64,000 bases of DNA, taken from Clostridia bacterium (GTDB lineage: Bacteria > Bacillota > Clostridia > Christensenellales > Borkfalkiaceae). The notes under the pieces were generated by a model. It did no database searches, had not been told where the DNA came from, and worked only from the letters and a program-made list of their open reading frames with translations. The position numbers were made by a program, and so were the translations under genes. Within the stretch, counting starts at the first letter, position 1. Each line of letters begins with the position of its first letter. Location of the stretch: the NCBI GenBank assembly GCA_017465145.1, contig JAFTWU010000005.1, positions 83,394 to 147,393 on the forward strand. The letters are read 5' to 3'. Shown here one piece after another: positions 48,257 to 56,967 of this stretch.

Positions 48257-50110
48257 ATGAAGAAGCAAATATGTATTTTAACTAAATCATATAAACATGG
48301 CGGGTATTGTGTTGCAGGTGTAGACATCGAAACTAAAGAGTGGATTCGTTTAGTTAATAGCGATAATCCTAGTACCGATGAAATTAGAAAAGAGCAAATG
48401 ATTCTAAATGGGAAAGTAATAGACTGTTTAGATGCTTTAGAATATGATTTTATTAAAAACATTCCTAATTCTTGTCAAACAGAGAATTGGCTGTTAAATA
48501 ATACAATATCTCCTAGATTCATTAAGAGTATATCGCTTGAAGAACTTGCTGACATTGTAGAACTTGAAAAAGAAGAGGTTTTTATTCGCAATACTTCTAA
48601 TTTGTTGAATGAAGAAGAGGTGTCGGGAGTGAAACGCTCTTTATACATATTCCATGTGCAGAATTTAAAAATAGAAGCAACATCATACGAGCGCTTTGGA
48701 GAAATTAGATTTAGATATAAATGCGCTTTTGATTACAATGGTAATAAATATACAAACATTTCACTCACAGACCCAATATATAGAGACATTTCTCAAGATG
48801 GGCTTAATTTGGAGGATGCCTTAATAATAGCAAGTTTGCCATGTGTACCATATAGCGATGGCTCTTTCTATAAATTTGTAGCTAAAATTATTCCAGTTGA
48901 TAAGAACCTTGCATCATATATGGAAAAAAAGAACGAGGAAAGAGTAGAAACAATTGATGCTCATAAAACTCAATTGTTGCCTTCACCATTTGTTAAATAT
49001 GATTTAGTTGTTCAAGCACAACAAACGCCAGGTGTCGTTAGGTTTGAGAATTATGAGCAACTTAAGAGCAGTATAAGTAATGGAGTATCATATTATTCTA
49101 ATTTTGAATACACATTAGATAATTATCAATTAGCCTTAAAACACCATAATGAATTAAAACATGTAAAAAGCGCTTTAGAGAAGACCAAGAGAGAAATTGT
49201 AAAAAGTTATAATGCTCCACTTGAAACGGTAGAAAAGAGGATAGAAGAACTAATTAATCTAATAAAAGTTCCGTTCAAGAAACTTGACACATTCATAAAA
49301 CAAAACGAAAAAGAATCTAAGAAATATGAAATTTTAAAGTTTGCAAGAACATGTGCGACATCAAATGGCTTATGCGAACATTTGGATAACATAATAAATA
49401 GTCCAGCATTTTTTGATAGCAAATGGCTTAATGCATCTTGTGTAAGGTCGACTTGGAGGTCTGCAGTATTATTAAAAATAGGAAATGCAGTTAAAGACAT
49501 CGAATATATATTGTCTTTACAAAATGATAATGTTGCTAGTATTTTGGCTCATTATTATCAAACTTTATCTATTGACATGGTGAAAGAGTTTATTGATTCA
49601 CTACAACGTGCATCTCAATTTACAACTAAACATGAAAAAGAAGATAAAGTTAACAATACTGTAGTTAGTGAAACGCAACCTGCTTCTAAAGAAAAACTAG
49701 CAATTGGTGAAAATATAGAAGAAACTCAATCAAATTCAAATAGCGATATAAACTATTCGGATTATGAAATTTTAAGCTATGTTGCAAGCTCTATTAATCC
49801 ATACACAGGAGAGGTTATAACGGGTATCGATGACTATTTGAAAAATAAAATAATTGAAATAGCCAATAAATTTGAAAATGCATTGAGGGGAGTGAGTGCG
49901 CCATCAATAGAGAAAAAAAGTGAGTTAAAAACAAAACAACAAAGAGATGAGAAATTTCCAATGGCGTGGGAAAAATGGACAGAGGAAGAAGAATCAAGAT
50001 TAGTAAAAGAATTTAATCAAGGACTTTCAGTAGATGAAATTGCTTCTATGCATAATAGAAAAGAGGGAGGCATCCGTGCGAGGTTGAAGAAATTGGGGTT
50101 GATTGAATAA
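48257..50110 (+). CDS. 617-aa mosaic protein: unassigned N-terminal domain, DUF1351-like helical middle, C-terminal HTH
   Basis: SD gaggga. N-terminus ICILTKSYKHGGYCVAGVDIETKEWIRLV. Middle VRFENYEQLKSSI...KREIVKSYNAPLETVEKRIEELINLIK. C-terminus WEKWTEEEESRLVKEFNQGLSVDEIASMHNRKEGGIRARLKKLGL. Confidence 0.7.
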   Translation: MKKQICILTKSYKHGGYCVAGVDIETKEWIRLVNSDNPSTDEIRKEQMILNGKVIDCLDALEYDFIKNIPNSCQTENWLLNNTISPRFIKSISLEELADIVELEKEEVFIRNTSNLLNEEEVSGVKRSLYIFHVQNLKIEATSYERFGEIRFRYKCAFDYNGNKYTNISLTDPIYRDISQDGLNLEDALIIASLPCVPYSDGSFYKFVAKIIPVDKNLASYMEKKNEERVETIDAHKTQLLPSPFVKYDLVVQAQQTPGVVRFENYEQLKSSISNGVSYYSNFEYTLDNYQLALKHHNELKHVKSALEKTKREIVKSYNAPLETVEKRIEELINLIKVPFKKLDTFIKQNEKESKKYEILKFARTCATSNGLCEHLDNIINSPAFFDSKWLNASCVRSTWRSAVLLKIGNAVKDIEYILSLQNDNVASILAHYYQTLSIDMVKEFIDSLQRASQFTTKHEKEDKVNNTVVSETQPASKEKLAIGENIEETQSNSNSDINYSDYEILSYVASSINPYTGEVITGIDDYLKNKIIEIANKFENALRGVSAPSIEKKSELKTKQQRDEKFPMAWEKWTEEEESRLVKEFNQGLSVDEIASMHNRKEGGIRARLKKLGLIE

Positions 50111-50385
50111 TTAATCTGGTGCTATCAATGCCTTATTCTATTAAAAAATGGAATAGTGGGCGGTTTAATACGAGATTGAGTTCTCGAGAGAGAAAAATGG
50201 AAGGTCTAATGGAGATACATTAGGCCTTTGTTATTGTCGTTTTTTACGAAAGTGAAAGATTAAACGTAACCGTACCCTTTATCGTAGGCTACCGTATAGA
50301 CAACTAAAACGACGGTTTTATCCTTATTTTACAATTAATTAAACAACGGATAGCTTATAACAATACATTAGAGAATAAAAAGAGT

Positions 50386-50421
50386 AAAAAGCGTTAGCAC
50401 TAAATCGTGCTAACGCTTTTT
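50386..50421. terminator. Bidirectional terminator
   Basis: aaaaagcgttagcac/gtgctaacgcttttt. Confidence 0.8.
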
Positions 50422-50423
50422 AG

Positions 50424-51920
50424 TTATTTGCTTAGTTCAACTAATTTTTGCCAAATTTTTACGGTTGCGAACGTGTCCAGTTCGCAGTATTTTAACAAAT
50501 TTTTTCTAACTTGTTCTTGTTCTTCTTTTGGCATATCTTTTATCTTTGGGAAAATAGACATTGCTTCGCCACCGTTGTGTACGCCTTCTAAATTATGATA
50601 ATCAAGTTTAGGGTCGTTAGGGAACATTGCCGGTAGAATACTTTTAATAGAAAAAGAGTTCCCAATCGCTTTATTATAATAATATCCTTTACGGAAAGGA
50701 ATCAACAAGTCTTTTATGTTGTTTTTAATTTTCAAAAGTTTATCTGATAAATCAGGGAAGATTTCTGCCAATTCAGCTATTCTTGATTTTTCAAAGGTTT
50801 GATTAAACACCATAACGCAAGCGTTTTCAGGGATGTCGCTTACTAATTGTTCAGCGAGAGCACGTCTTGTATCCGTTCCACTTTCGCCCAAAAATTCTCT
50901 GTGTTGTAGTTCTCCACCTTCACTTTCAATATAATGAAGTGAATATTGGAATAGCAAGTGTTGATAAGGTCTAATTTTTGGAAACTCTGGAACAACCACT
51001 TGCATGCTTTCAAAATCTAAAAAGTAAAGTGGATAAGAGAGAGTGTCTAAAAAGGACTTTATTCCCTCTTTATCAATATGTTCGTCTATTCCTTTAAGAA
51101 CAAAATCAAGTTGGCGCTTTTGAATTTCGTTAAGTTTCATAAGCTGTCTAACGTCGCCAATTTCGAAATAGCCGTCGCGATACGCCTTAATCTTTTTATC
51201 AAAACTTAACCTATAAACATCGAAAACGTTGGGCTTTGGTAGGTGGCGAGAGCAGTAGTCCCAATATCCGCAAGAATATGGTTCACGACACTTCATTGAA
51301 AGGTCAATATCGGGCTCGTTTTCAGAGTCGCAAATTTTCGTTGCTTCTATTAAGTCGAATTCAATATCGTGTTTTTTAGATTCTTCTTCAACTAGAGCAG
51401 AAACATCCTTAATAGTGAAAAGTTGTTGCAAGTCAAGTTTGCCGTCAAAAACGTATTGGTTGTTTATATGAACGATATAAGTACCCGTAACGTTAATTCC
51501 GCACTTTTCTAAAACGTATTTTTGATAGGTAATATCGGTTATGTAAACAGCGGAAACGTGGGTTGAGCTTTTTACTTCGTAAATAGCATAGCCGTCTTTT
51601 TCCTTGCGTAAAATGTCGCAAGAGCAAAATAGTCCGCCACTACTAAAAGATGCTTCGCAAATATTATCTGTGCCGTTTTTTAAGCACTCGGAAGTCTTCT
51701 CTATCATTTTAGATAAATCTAACTTGCCGTCTTTATTATAAGCTGTAACTTCGGTATAATCGCCAAACAACCCCATAGCAAGATCGCCAATTTCGTTGCC
51801 TGTTTCAAAACGTTCTTCAGCAGACGGGTCTTGCGTAAACACTTCGGGTTTATATTTGTTCAGCCACAAAATTTTAGGGCATTGACAGTATAAACAATAT
51901 TTAGATTTAGAAAAGTTCAT
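50424..51920 (-). CDS. Cas4/RecB-like nuclease fused to a DUF2779 domain
   Basis: ATG 51920 follows ggggga (the GTG at 51932 lies inside the SD). N-terminus SKSKYCLYCQCPKILWL, nuclease core CDIL...IYEVKSS, Cys cluster CREPYSCGYWDYC. C-terminus YFLDFES...PYQHLLFQYSLH...VFNQTFEKSRIAEL (DUF2779, DEDD-like). Confidence 0.75.
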   Translation of the reverse strand: MNFSKSKYCLYCQCPKILWLNKYKPEVFTQDPSAEERFETGNEIGDLAMGLFGDYTEVTAYNKDGKLDLSKMIEKTSECLKNGTDNICEASFSSGGLFCSCDILRKEKDGYAIYEVKSSTHVSAVYITDITYQKYVLEKCGINVTGTYIVHINNQYVFDGKLDLQQLFTIKDVSALVEEESKKHDIEFDLIEATKICDSENEPDIDLSMKCREPYSCGYWDYCSRHLPKPNVFDVYRLSFDKKIKAYRDGYFEIGDVRQLMKLNEIQKRQLDFVLKGIDEHIDKEGIKSFLDTLSYPLYFLDFESMQVVVPEFPKIRPYQHLLFQYSLHYIESEGGELQHREFLGESGTDTRRALAEQLVSDIPENACVMVFNQTFEKSRIAELAEIFPDLSDKLLKIKNNIKDLLIPFRKGYYYNKAIGNSFSIKSILPAMFPNDPKLDYHNLEGVHNGGEAMSIFPKIKDMPKEEQEQVRKNLLKYCELDTFATVKIWQKLVELSK

Positions 51921-52027
51921 AAATTCCCCCACGAGATTATTGAAAGCATGCAGTTATTATATACTTTAGGATTAAAAATGTCAATGGATGCCGTTGTAAG
52001 CTATAGTAGGCTATTTTAAGATAGTAG

Positions 52028-52056
52028 TTGAATATGTAAAAAATTAGTGATATAAT
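52028..52056 (+). promoter_or_regulatory. Promoter TTGAAT-17-TATAAT for mcrBC
   Basis: ttgaat 52028-52033, tataat 52051-52056. Confidence 0.5.
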
Positions 52057-52093
52057 AAAATCAATTTTACAAGTGAAGGAGAAACTCAGAAGC

Positions 52094-53869
52094 ATGTATG
52101 ACACTAGTTGGTTTTTAAGGAAGTCTAAAGATACGAAATATCGTGATATTGCGGAGAACGCTAAACAATTTAGAGATAAATATGTTGGAAAATACAATTC
52201 GCAAGCATTAGAAAGACTTTTGCGAATGGATGACACTATTTCTGCATTAATACCCTATAAGGGGAATGCAAATTATTTTGATACTATAACTAGGAGACAA
52301 AAGGAATCAAATTTTTATTATGGTGCAGCAGACCAACAGTCAAATAAAGTTGGTATAGTTTTGTATTGGACAAAGAATGGTGATGAGTTTGAATACGGCT
52401 TAGAAAAGTTGGATTTAGCAGGTGCTGAGAAGCGCTGTAAGTCTATTATTAAAGGCTTAATCAAAATACAAGATTTGGCAAAGGAAATTGATGCTAAAGA
52501 TTTTGAAAGTTATAGAAAATTTTTCAGTGACATAAAGAACTATTTTACAGTGGATAATACACAGTGCAGACAAAGTTTTGTAACAAAAGACGCAGGGATA
52601 TTAAAATCGTGGGTATTTAAGTATTTAAACATTTTATTTCCAGATAAATTTTGTTCCTTTTATAGTTATGCTTGGTTTGAAAAAGTGGAAAAAGCATTAG
52701 GCTTAGTAAGTGTCTCTAGTTATTATGAAAGATTTTTTAATATCAATAATGCATTGAATCAAATAGTTACAAACACAAAGTTAGATAAGTCAGTCGTTTA
52801 TCGTATATTCTGTGAGGAATTAGAGAATGGAAGCGAAGGAACAAATGAAAGTGGGGGTTTGATAAATAATACATCCAAAACAATAGAAGAAAATACACTT
52901 GTAGCTTTGGTTAAAAACTATCCACTAAATCAAATCCTTTACGGGCCTCCTGGAACGGGTAAAACTTATAACTCAATAATTTATGCTGTTGCTATTTGCG
53001 AAAACAAGAAAATAGAAGAGATTAAAAAGGAAAAATATCAAGAGGTGCTTGAAAGGTTTAATCTTTATAAAGTCGAGGGACGTATAGAATTTGCAACTTT
53101 CCACCAGTCTTATGGCTATGAAGAGTTCATTCAAGGTATAAAACCCTATACAAACAATGGACAAATTGGATACAGAGTGGAAAGTGGGGTTTTTAAGGAG
53201 TTTTGTGATAAGGCAAAAGATAAACAAGAGAATTTTGTTTTTATAATAGACGAAATAAACCGTGGTAATGTTTCTAAAATTCTTGGCGAATTAATCACTC
53301 TTATCGAAGAAAGTAAGCGTGTTGGCAATTCTGAGGGAATGACGGTTAGATTGCCTTATAAAGATAACAATGGCAAAGACGTTTATTTCGGCGTTCCGAA
53401 CAACGTTTACATACTTGGAACAATGAACACGGCAGATAGGTCGCTTGTTCAACTTGATGCAGCACTTCGTAGAAGATTCCGTTTTATCGAAATGATGCCT
53501 GATTATAACGTACTAAACGATAAAACCAACGTTGACGGCGTTGATTTAAAAACGTTATTAACAAGCATTAACGATAGAATTACTCAGCTTATTGATAGAG
53601 AGCATCAAATAGGGCATTCTTATTTTACAAAGGTAAATAGTTTAGCTGATTTAGCTGACGCCTTTAACTATGAAATAATTCCACTACTACAAGAATATTT
53701 TTATGAAGACTATGATGGCATAAGTGAAGTTTTAAACGGACAATTTATTCAGGTCTCTGAAGATAAGAAGTCTTACGATGTAAACGTTTCTATCGATAAA
53801 GATATTTTTAAGAATATTTACAATGGTACAGATGAAGAACACAACGATTCAGTAAGCGCAGATGAATAA
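52094..53869 (+). CDS. mcrB: McrB-like AAA+ GTPase with an unassigned ~290-aa N-terminal domain
   Basis: LYGPPGTGKTY, FHQSYGYEEFIQG, FIIDEINRGNVSKILGELITLIE, GTMNTADRS, ALRRRFRF. Start ATG 52094 (alternative GTG 52073). Confidence 0.88.
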   Translation: MYDTSWFLRKSKDTKYRDIAENAKQFRDKYVGKYNSQALERLLRMDDTISALIPYKGNANYFDTITRRQKESNFYYGAADQQSNKVGIVLYWTKNGDEFEYGLEKLDLAGAEKRCKSIIKGLIKIQDLAKEIDAKDFESYRKFFSDIKNYFTVDNTQCRQSFVTKDAGILKSWVFKYLNILFPDKFCSFYSYAWFEKVEKALGLVSVSSYYERFFNINNALNQIVTNTKLDKSVVYRIFCEELENGSEGTNESGGLINNTSKTIEENTLVALVKNYPLNQILYGPPGTGKTYNSIIYAVAICENKKIEEIKKEKYQEVLERFNLYKVEGRIEFATFHQSYGYEEFIQGIKPYTNNGQIGYRVESGVFKEFCDKAKDKQENFVFIIDEINRGNVSKILGELITLIEESKRVGNSEGMTVRLPYKDNNGKDVYFGVPNNVYILGTMNTADRSLVQLDAALRRRFRFIEMMPDYNVLNDKTNVDGVDLKTLLTSINDRITQLIDREHQIGHSYFTKVNSLADLADAFNYEIIPLLQEYFYEDYDGISEVLNGQFIQVSEDKKSYDVNVSIDKDIFKNIYNGTDEEHNDSVSADE

Positions 53870-55214
53870 GAAATATCACATTTTTTACGAATATAAAAAA
53901 ATAACATCATCCGACATCGGCGAAAAAGATTTTAACGAGCTAAAATCCTTTATACTAAGGCAAGAAGAAGACGGCGTTAATGAAAGCGTTCCGTTCGACG
54001 AATTAAAAATTGAAGAGACGTCAGCTTGCATGAAATTGAGTGCTGATAAGCATGGTAGAGAAATTCTTACCATAAAAAATTACGTAGGAACAATAATGCT
54101 TTCGTCAGGTACTACCATTGAAATTTTGCCTAAAATCTATAATGAGCAAAATAGCGATAATATCAGAAATGCAAGAGCATTAATTGTAAGAATGTTGCAA
54201 GCGTGCGGGTTGATGAAGTATAAAAGTTTTCAAAGGGCAGACTTAGCTCTTGAAAAAATGACTATTTTTGAAATCTATATTCGCATTTTTCTTGATGAGG
54301 TTTATAAATTATATCAACGTGGATTAAAATTTGGATACGTACAAAAGCAAGAAAACGAAAGGTTCTTTAAGGGTAAGCTTTTGTTTTCTCAACACGTAAA
54401 AAACAACTTTGCTCATGCTGAAAGATTTTTTATCGAGTATGATGAATTCAACGTAAATAGACCGGAAAATAAACTGATAAAAACAACACTTGAGTGTTTG
54501 CGAAAAAAAACGAAGATAGAAGAAAATAAACGCGATTTGCGAAGACTTTCTTTGGTTTTTGATGACGTTGAAAGGTCTTATACCATAGATACCGATTTCC
54601 AAAAATGTACCGGCGGTCGAAACATGAAGGAATATGAAGGTATTCTTGATATGTGCAAAATATTCTTAAAGGGATGTAGCTTTTCTTCATATTCGGGCAA
54701 ACATAATACTACGGCGTTACTATTCCCAATGGAAAAGCTTTTTGAAAGTTACGTTGCAAAAACGTTGCAAAAGAAGTTAAAAGGATATGTAGTTAGTTCA
54801 CAAAAGAGAGGCAAGTATTTGTTTGATAAATTTATTAACGTTTCAAGAAATATGTTCTCTTTAAGACCTGATATTTACGTTGAAAAGAACGGTGAAGTAG
54901 TTCTTTTAGATACGAAATGGAAAATAATAAATGATAACATAAAAGAGAATTTTGGTATTTCTCAAGCAGATATGTATCAAATGCATGCCTATTATACAAG
55001 GTTTAATGATAATAAAACAGTTAAAACAGTCGTGCTCTTATATCCAGCTGTAAGCATACAAGAAGAAAATTTCGTTTGGGAATATGAAAGCAAAAAGGAA
55101 AAGATTTTTGCTAAAACTCTAAAGATTAATATCGCAGATAAAATTAAAGGCATAGAAGACGAATGTATGTCGTTTGACAGCGTGGTTGAATTAATTGCAG
55201 AACAATTACGGTAG
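53862..55214 (+). CDS. mcrC: McrC-like nuclease subunit
   Basis: 450 aa. 8-nt overlap with mcrB (ATGAATAA). C-terminal PD-(D/E)xK RPDIYVEKNGEVVLLDTKWK. Confidence 0.85.
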   Translation: MNKKYHIFYEYKKITSSDIGEKDFNELKSFILRQEEDGVNESVPFDELKIEETSACMKLSADKHGREILTIKNYVGTIMLSSGTTIEILPKIYNEQNSDNIRNARALIVRMLQACGLMKYKSFQRADLALEKMTIFEIYIRIFLDEVYKLYQRGLKFGYVQKQENERFFKGKLLFSQHVKNNFAHAERFFIEYDEFNVNRPENKLIKTTLECLRKKTKIEENKRDLRRLSLVFDDVERSYTIDTDFQKCTGGRNMKEYEGILDMCKIFLKGCSFSSYSGKHNTTALLFPMEKLFESYVAKTLQKKLKGYVVSSQKRGKYLFDKFINVSRNMFSLRPDIYVEKNGEVVLLDTKWKIINDNIKENFGISQADMYQMHAYYTRFNDNKTVKTVVLLYPAVSIQEENFVWEYESKKEKIFAKTLKINIADKIKGIEDECMSFDSVVELIAEQLR

Positions 55215-55248
55215 ATACTTGATATAAAGAACGTTTTAATTATAAATA

Positions 55249-55281
55249 AAAGTTGCAAGTTTTATACTTGCAACTTTTTTA
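55249..55281 (+). terminator. Rho-independent terminator after mcrC
   Basis: agttgcaagt/acttgcaact followed by T6. Confidence 0.8.
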
Positions 55282-55313
55282 TGTAATAACGTATTGCAAG
55301 TTTTTGCAACACT

Positions 55314-56525
55314 TTATTCAAAATAGCCTTTATATTTTAGTTCTAAGTTACTTTTTGGGAACAAATATTTATGTAGTTCTATAAAGTAATCGTCGGTCAT
55401 AGACGCGATATAGTCAACCACGATTTGATTTTTTTCCGTTTCTTCATAGGCAATATCACGTTTATAGTAAGGCTTATTTATATATTCTATATGATGTTTA
55501 TAAACGGGGGAAGATAGGTTGCCGTTAATCAAATCGCAAAGTAACTTGTTATAAATTTCTTCCATCATTTGTTTAATGATGATATTGCTTTCATTATGCG
55601 CCTTATCAAGATAGATAATTTCGTAGTTATCGCGTTTTGCCTTGTTAAGCGCATCAAAACACTCTTTATCCATTTTGATATAAGGCTTATTATAACTATT
55701 TTCAATAATGTTAACCATAAGGTTATTTACTATTTCCGAATTTATAACGCCGATACCGCTGTCGTTAAATGAGAGATTTTCTAAAAGACGGCTCTTTTCG
55801 GCATCTTGTCTATCTTTTCCTAGATAAGCAATAATATCCGAAATTCGCATGACTGCGCCTTCTAAGGTAGACGGAATCATTTTTAGAACGTTTTCAGAGT
55901 CGATATAGCAATCTTCAATTTTTTTATCAAATTTATCAAAATTTGAAAGAACGGCAGGGCGATATTCGTTTAGTTCTATTTCACCGTTATGGCAAGCAAT
56001 ACCGTCAAGCGTTTGAAGTGAAAGGTTAAGCGGGAAAATTTTATCTAACACCCTAACGGAATGGATATTGTGGTTAAAACGCCTGTCTGTGTGGTTGCGG
56101 TATAATTCATCTAAAAACTTTTCGCCCGCGTGTCCAAACGGAGTATGGCCCATATCGTGCCCTAAAGAAATTGCCTCAATTAAATCAAGGTTAAGGTTTA
56201 ACGCTTTGCCGATAGTTCTTGCCGTTCTAGAAACTAATTGAACGTGAAGTGCCCGTCTAGAGATATCGTCGTTTTTATATAGTGAAAAAACTTGCGTTTT
56301 ATCCGTGTAACGATTATAAAAGGGGCAATTCAAAATTTTATCAATATCCCTAATAAACGCCGTACGCCAAACGTTAGCGTTATCATGTTCGTTGTCTTTT
56401 CGCCTTATAACGCTATTATCGGAGCAAAAGAATCTTGGCATAGTGCCGTTAAGCTTATCATTTTCTATTAAGTTTTCTAATTTCTTTGAAAGATTTTTAT
56501 AATTTGCCATACGCTTATTATACAT
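55314..56525 (-). CDS. HD-domain dNTP triphosphohydrolase (dGTPase-like)
   Basis: 403 aa. RRALHVQLVS...SLGHDMGHTPFGHAGEKFL...HN..S. Confidence 0.8.
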   Translation of the reverse strand: MYNKRMANYKNLSKKLENLIENDKLNGTMPRFFCSDNSVIRRKDNEHDNANVWRTAFIRDIDKILNCPFYNRYTDKTQVFSLYKNDDISRRALHVQLVSRTARTIGKALNLNLDLIEAISLGHDMGHTPFGHAGEKFLDELYRNHTDRRFNHNIHSVRVLDKIFPLNLSLQTLDGIACHNGEIELNEYRPAVLSNFDKFDKKIEDCYIDSENVLKMIPSTLEGAVMRISDIIAYLGKDRQDAEKSRLLENLSFNDSGIGVINSEIVNNLMVNIIENSYNKPYIKMDKECFDALNKAKRDNYEIIYLDKAHNESNIIIKQMMEEIYNKLLCDLINGNLSSPVYKHHIEYINKPYYKRDIAYEETEKNQIVVDYIASMTDDYFIELHKYLFPKSNLELKYKGYFE

Positions 56526-56610
56526 TATTTAAATAAAAAAATAAAGAGTTTTATTTATACGCGAAGTTTTTGAAAACGAAGGCGAAGAAAACAAAGGTGA
56601 TAAAAAATAG

Positions 56611-56628
56611 CACACGATTTTTGGTGTG
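56611..56628 (+). repeat. Motif copy 1 (cacacgatttttggtgtg)
   Basis: Member of the GCAC(T)ATTTTTGGTG family. Confidence 0.6.
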
Positions 56629-56794
56629 TTAAATTAAAACTAGACGTTGCAAATAAAGGTTTGCAACTTTTTTTATTTTGCATTGAAAATTAGTCATTTT
56701 TTCTATATGCCGTGTGATATAATCCGTTTGCGTGTGAGGGGGAAAGAATTAAAAAATTTATCAAAAAAATAATAACGAATTAAAAAATGATTTT

Positions 56795-56814
56795 ACTGTG
56801 CTATTTTTGGCGCT
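56795..56814 (+). repeat. Motif copy 2 (actgtgctatttttggcgct)
   Basis: Member of the same family. Confidence 0.6.
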
Positions 56815-56900
56815 AAACATTTTATAAAATAAAAATATAAAGTAAAGATTGGCAAGTAAAAAATGTTATAAAAAATGAAAAAATATAAAATAAGTTAATT

Positions 56901-56920
56901 AGTGCACTATTTTTGGTGTA
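56901..56920 (+). repeat. Motif copy 3 (agtgcactatttttggtgta)
   Basis: 48 nt upstream of the FtsH-like gene. Similarity to copy 5 extends ~25 nt further upstream. Confidence 0.7.
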
Positions 56921-56967
56921 TTGAATATATTAAGATAAAGGCATAAAAACAAAAGAGGTATAAATAT

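Noticed and set aside
51937-52236. 99-aa minus-strand ORF across the mcrB promoter and 5' end
   Set aside because: It overlaps the promoter and the start of mcrB, and its AT-rich shadow-frame composition has no SD.
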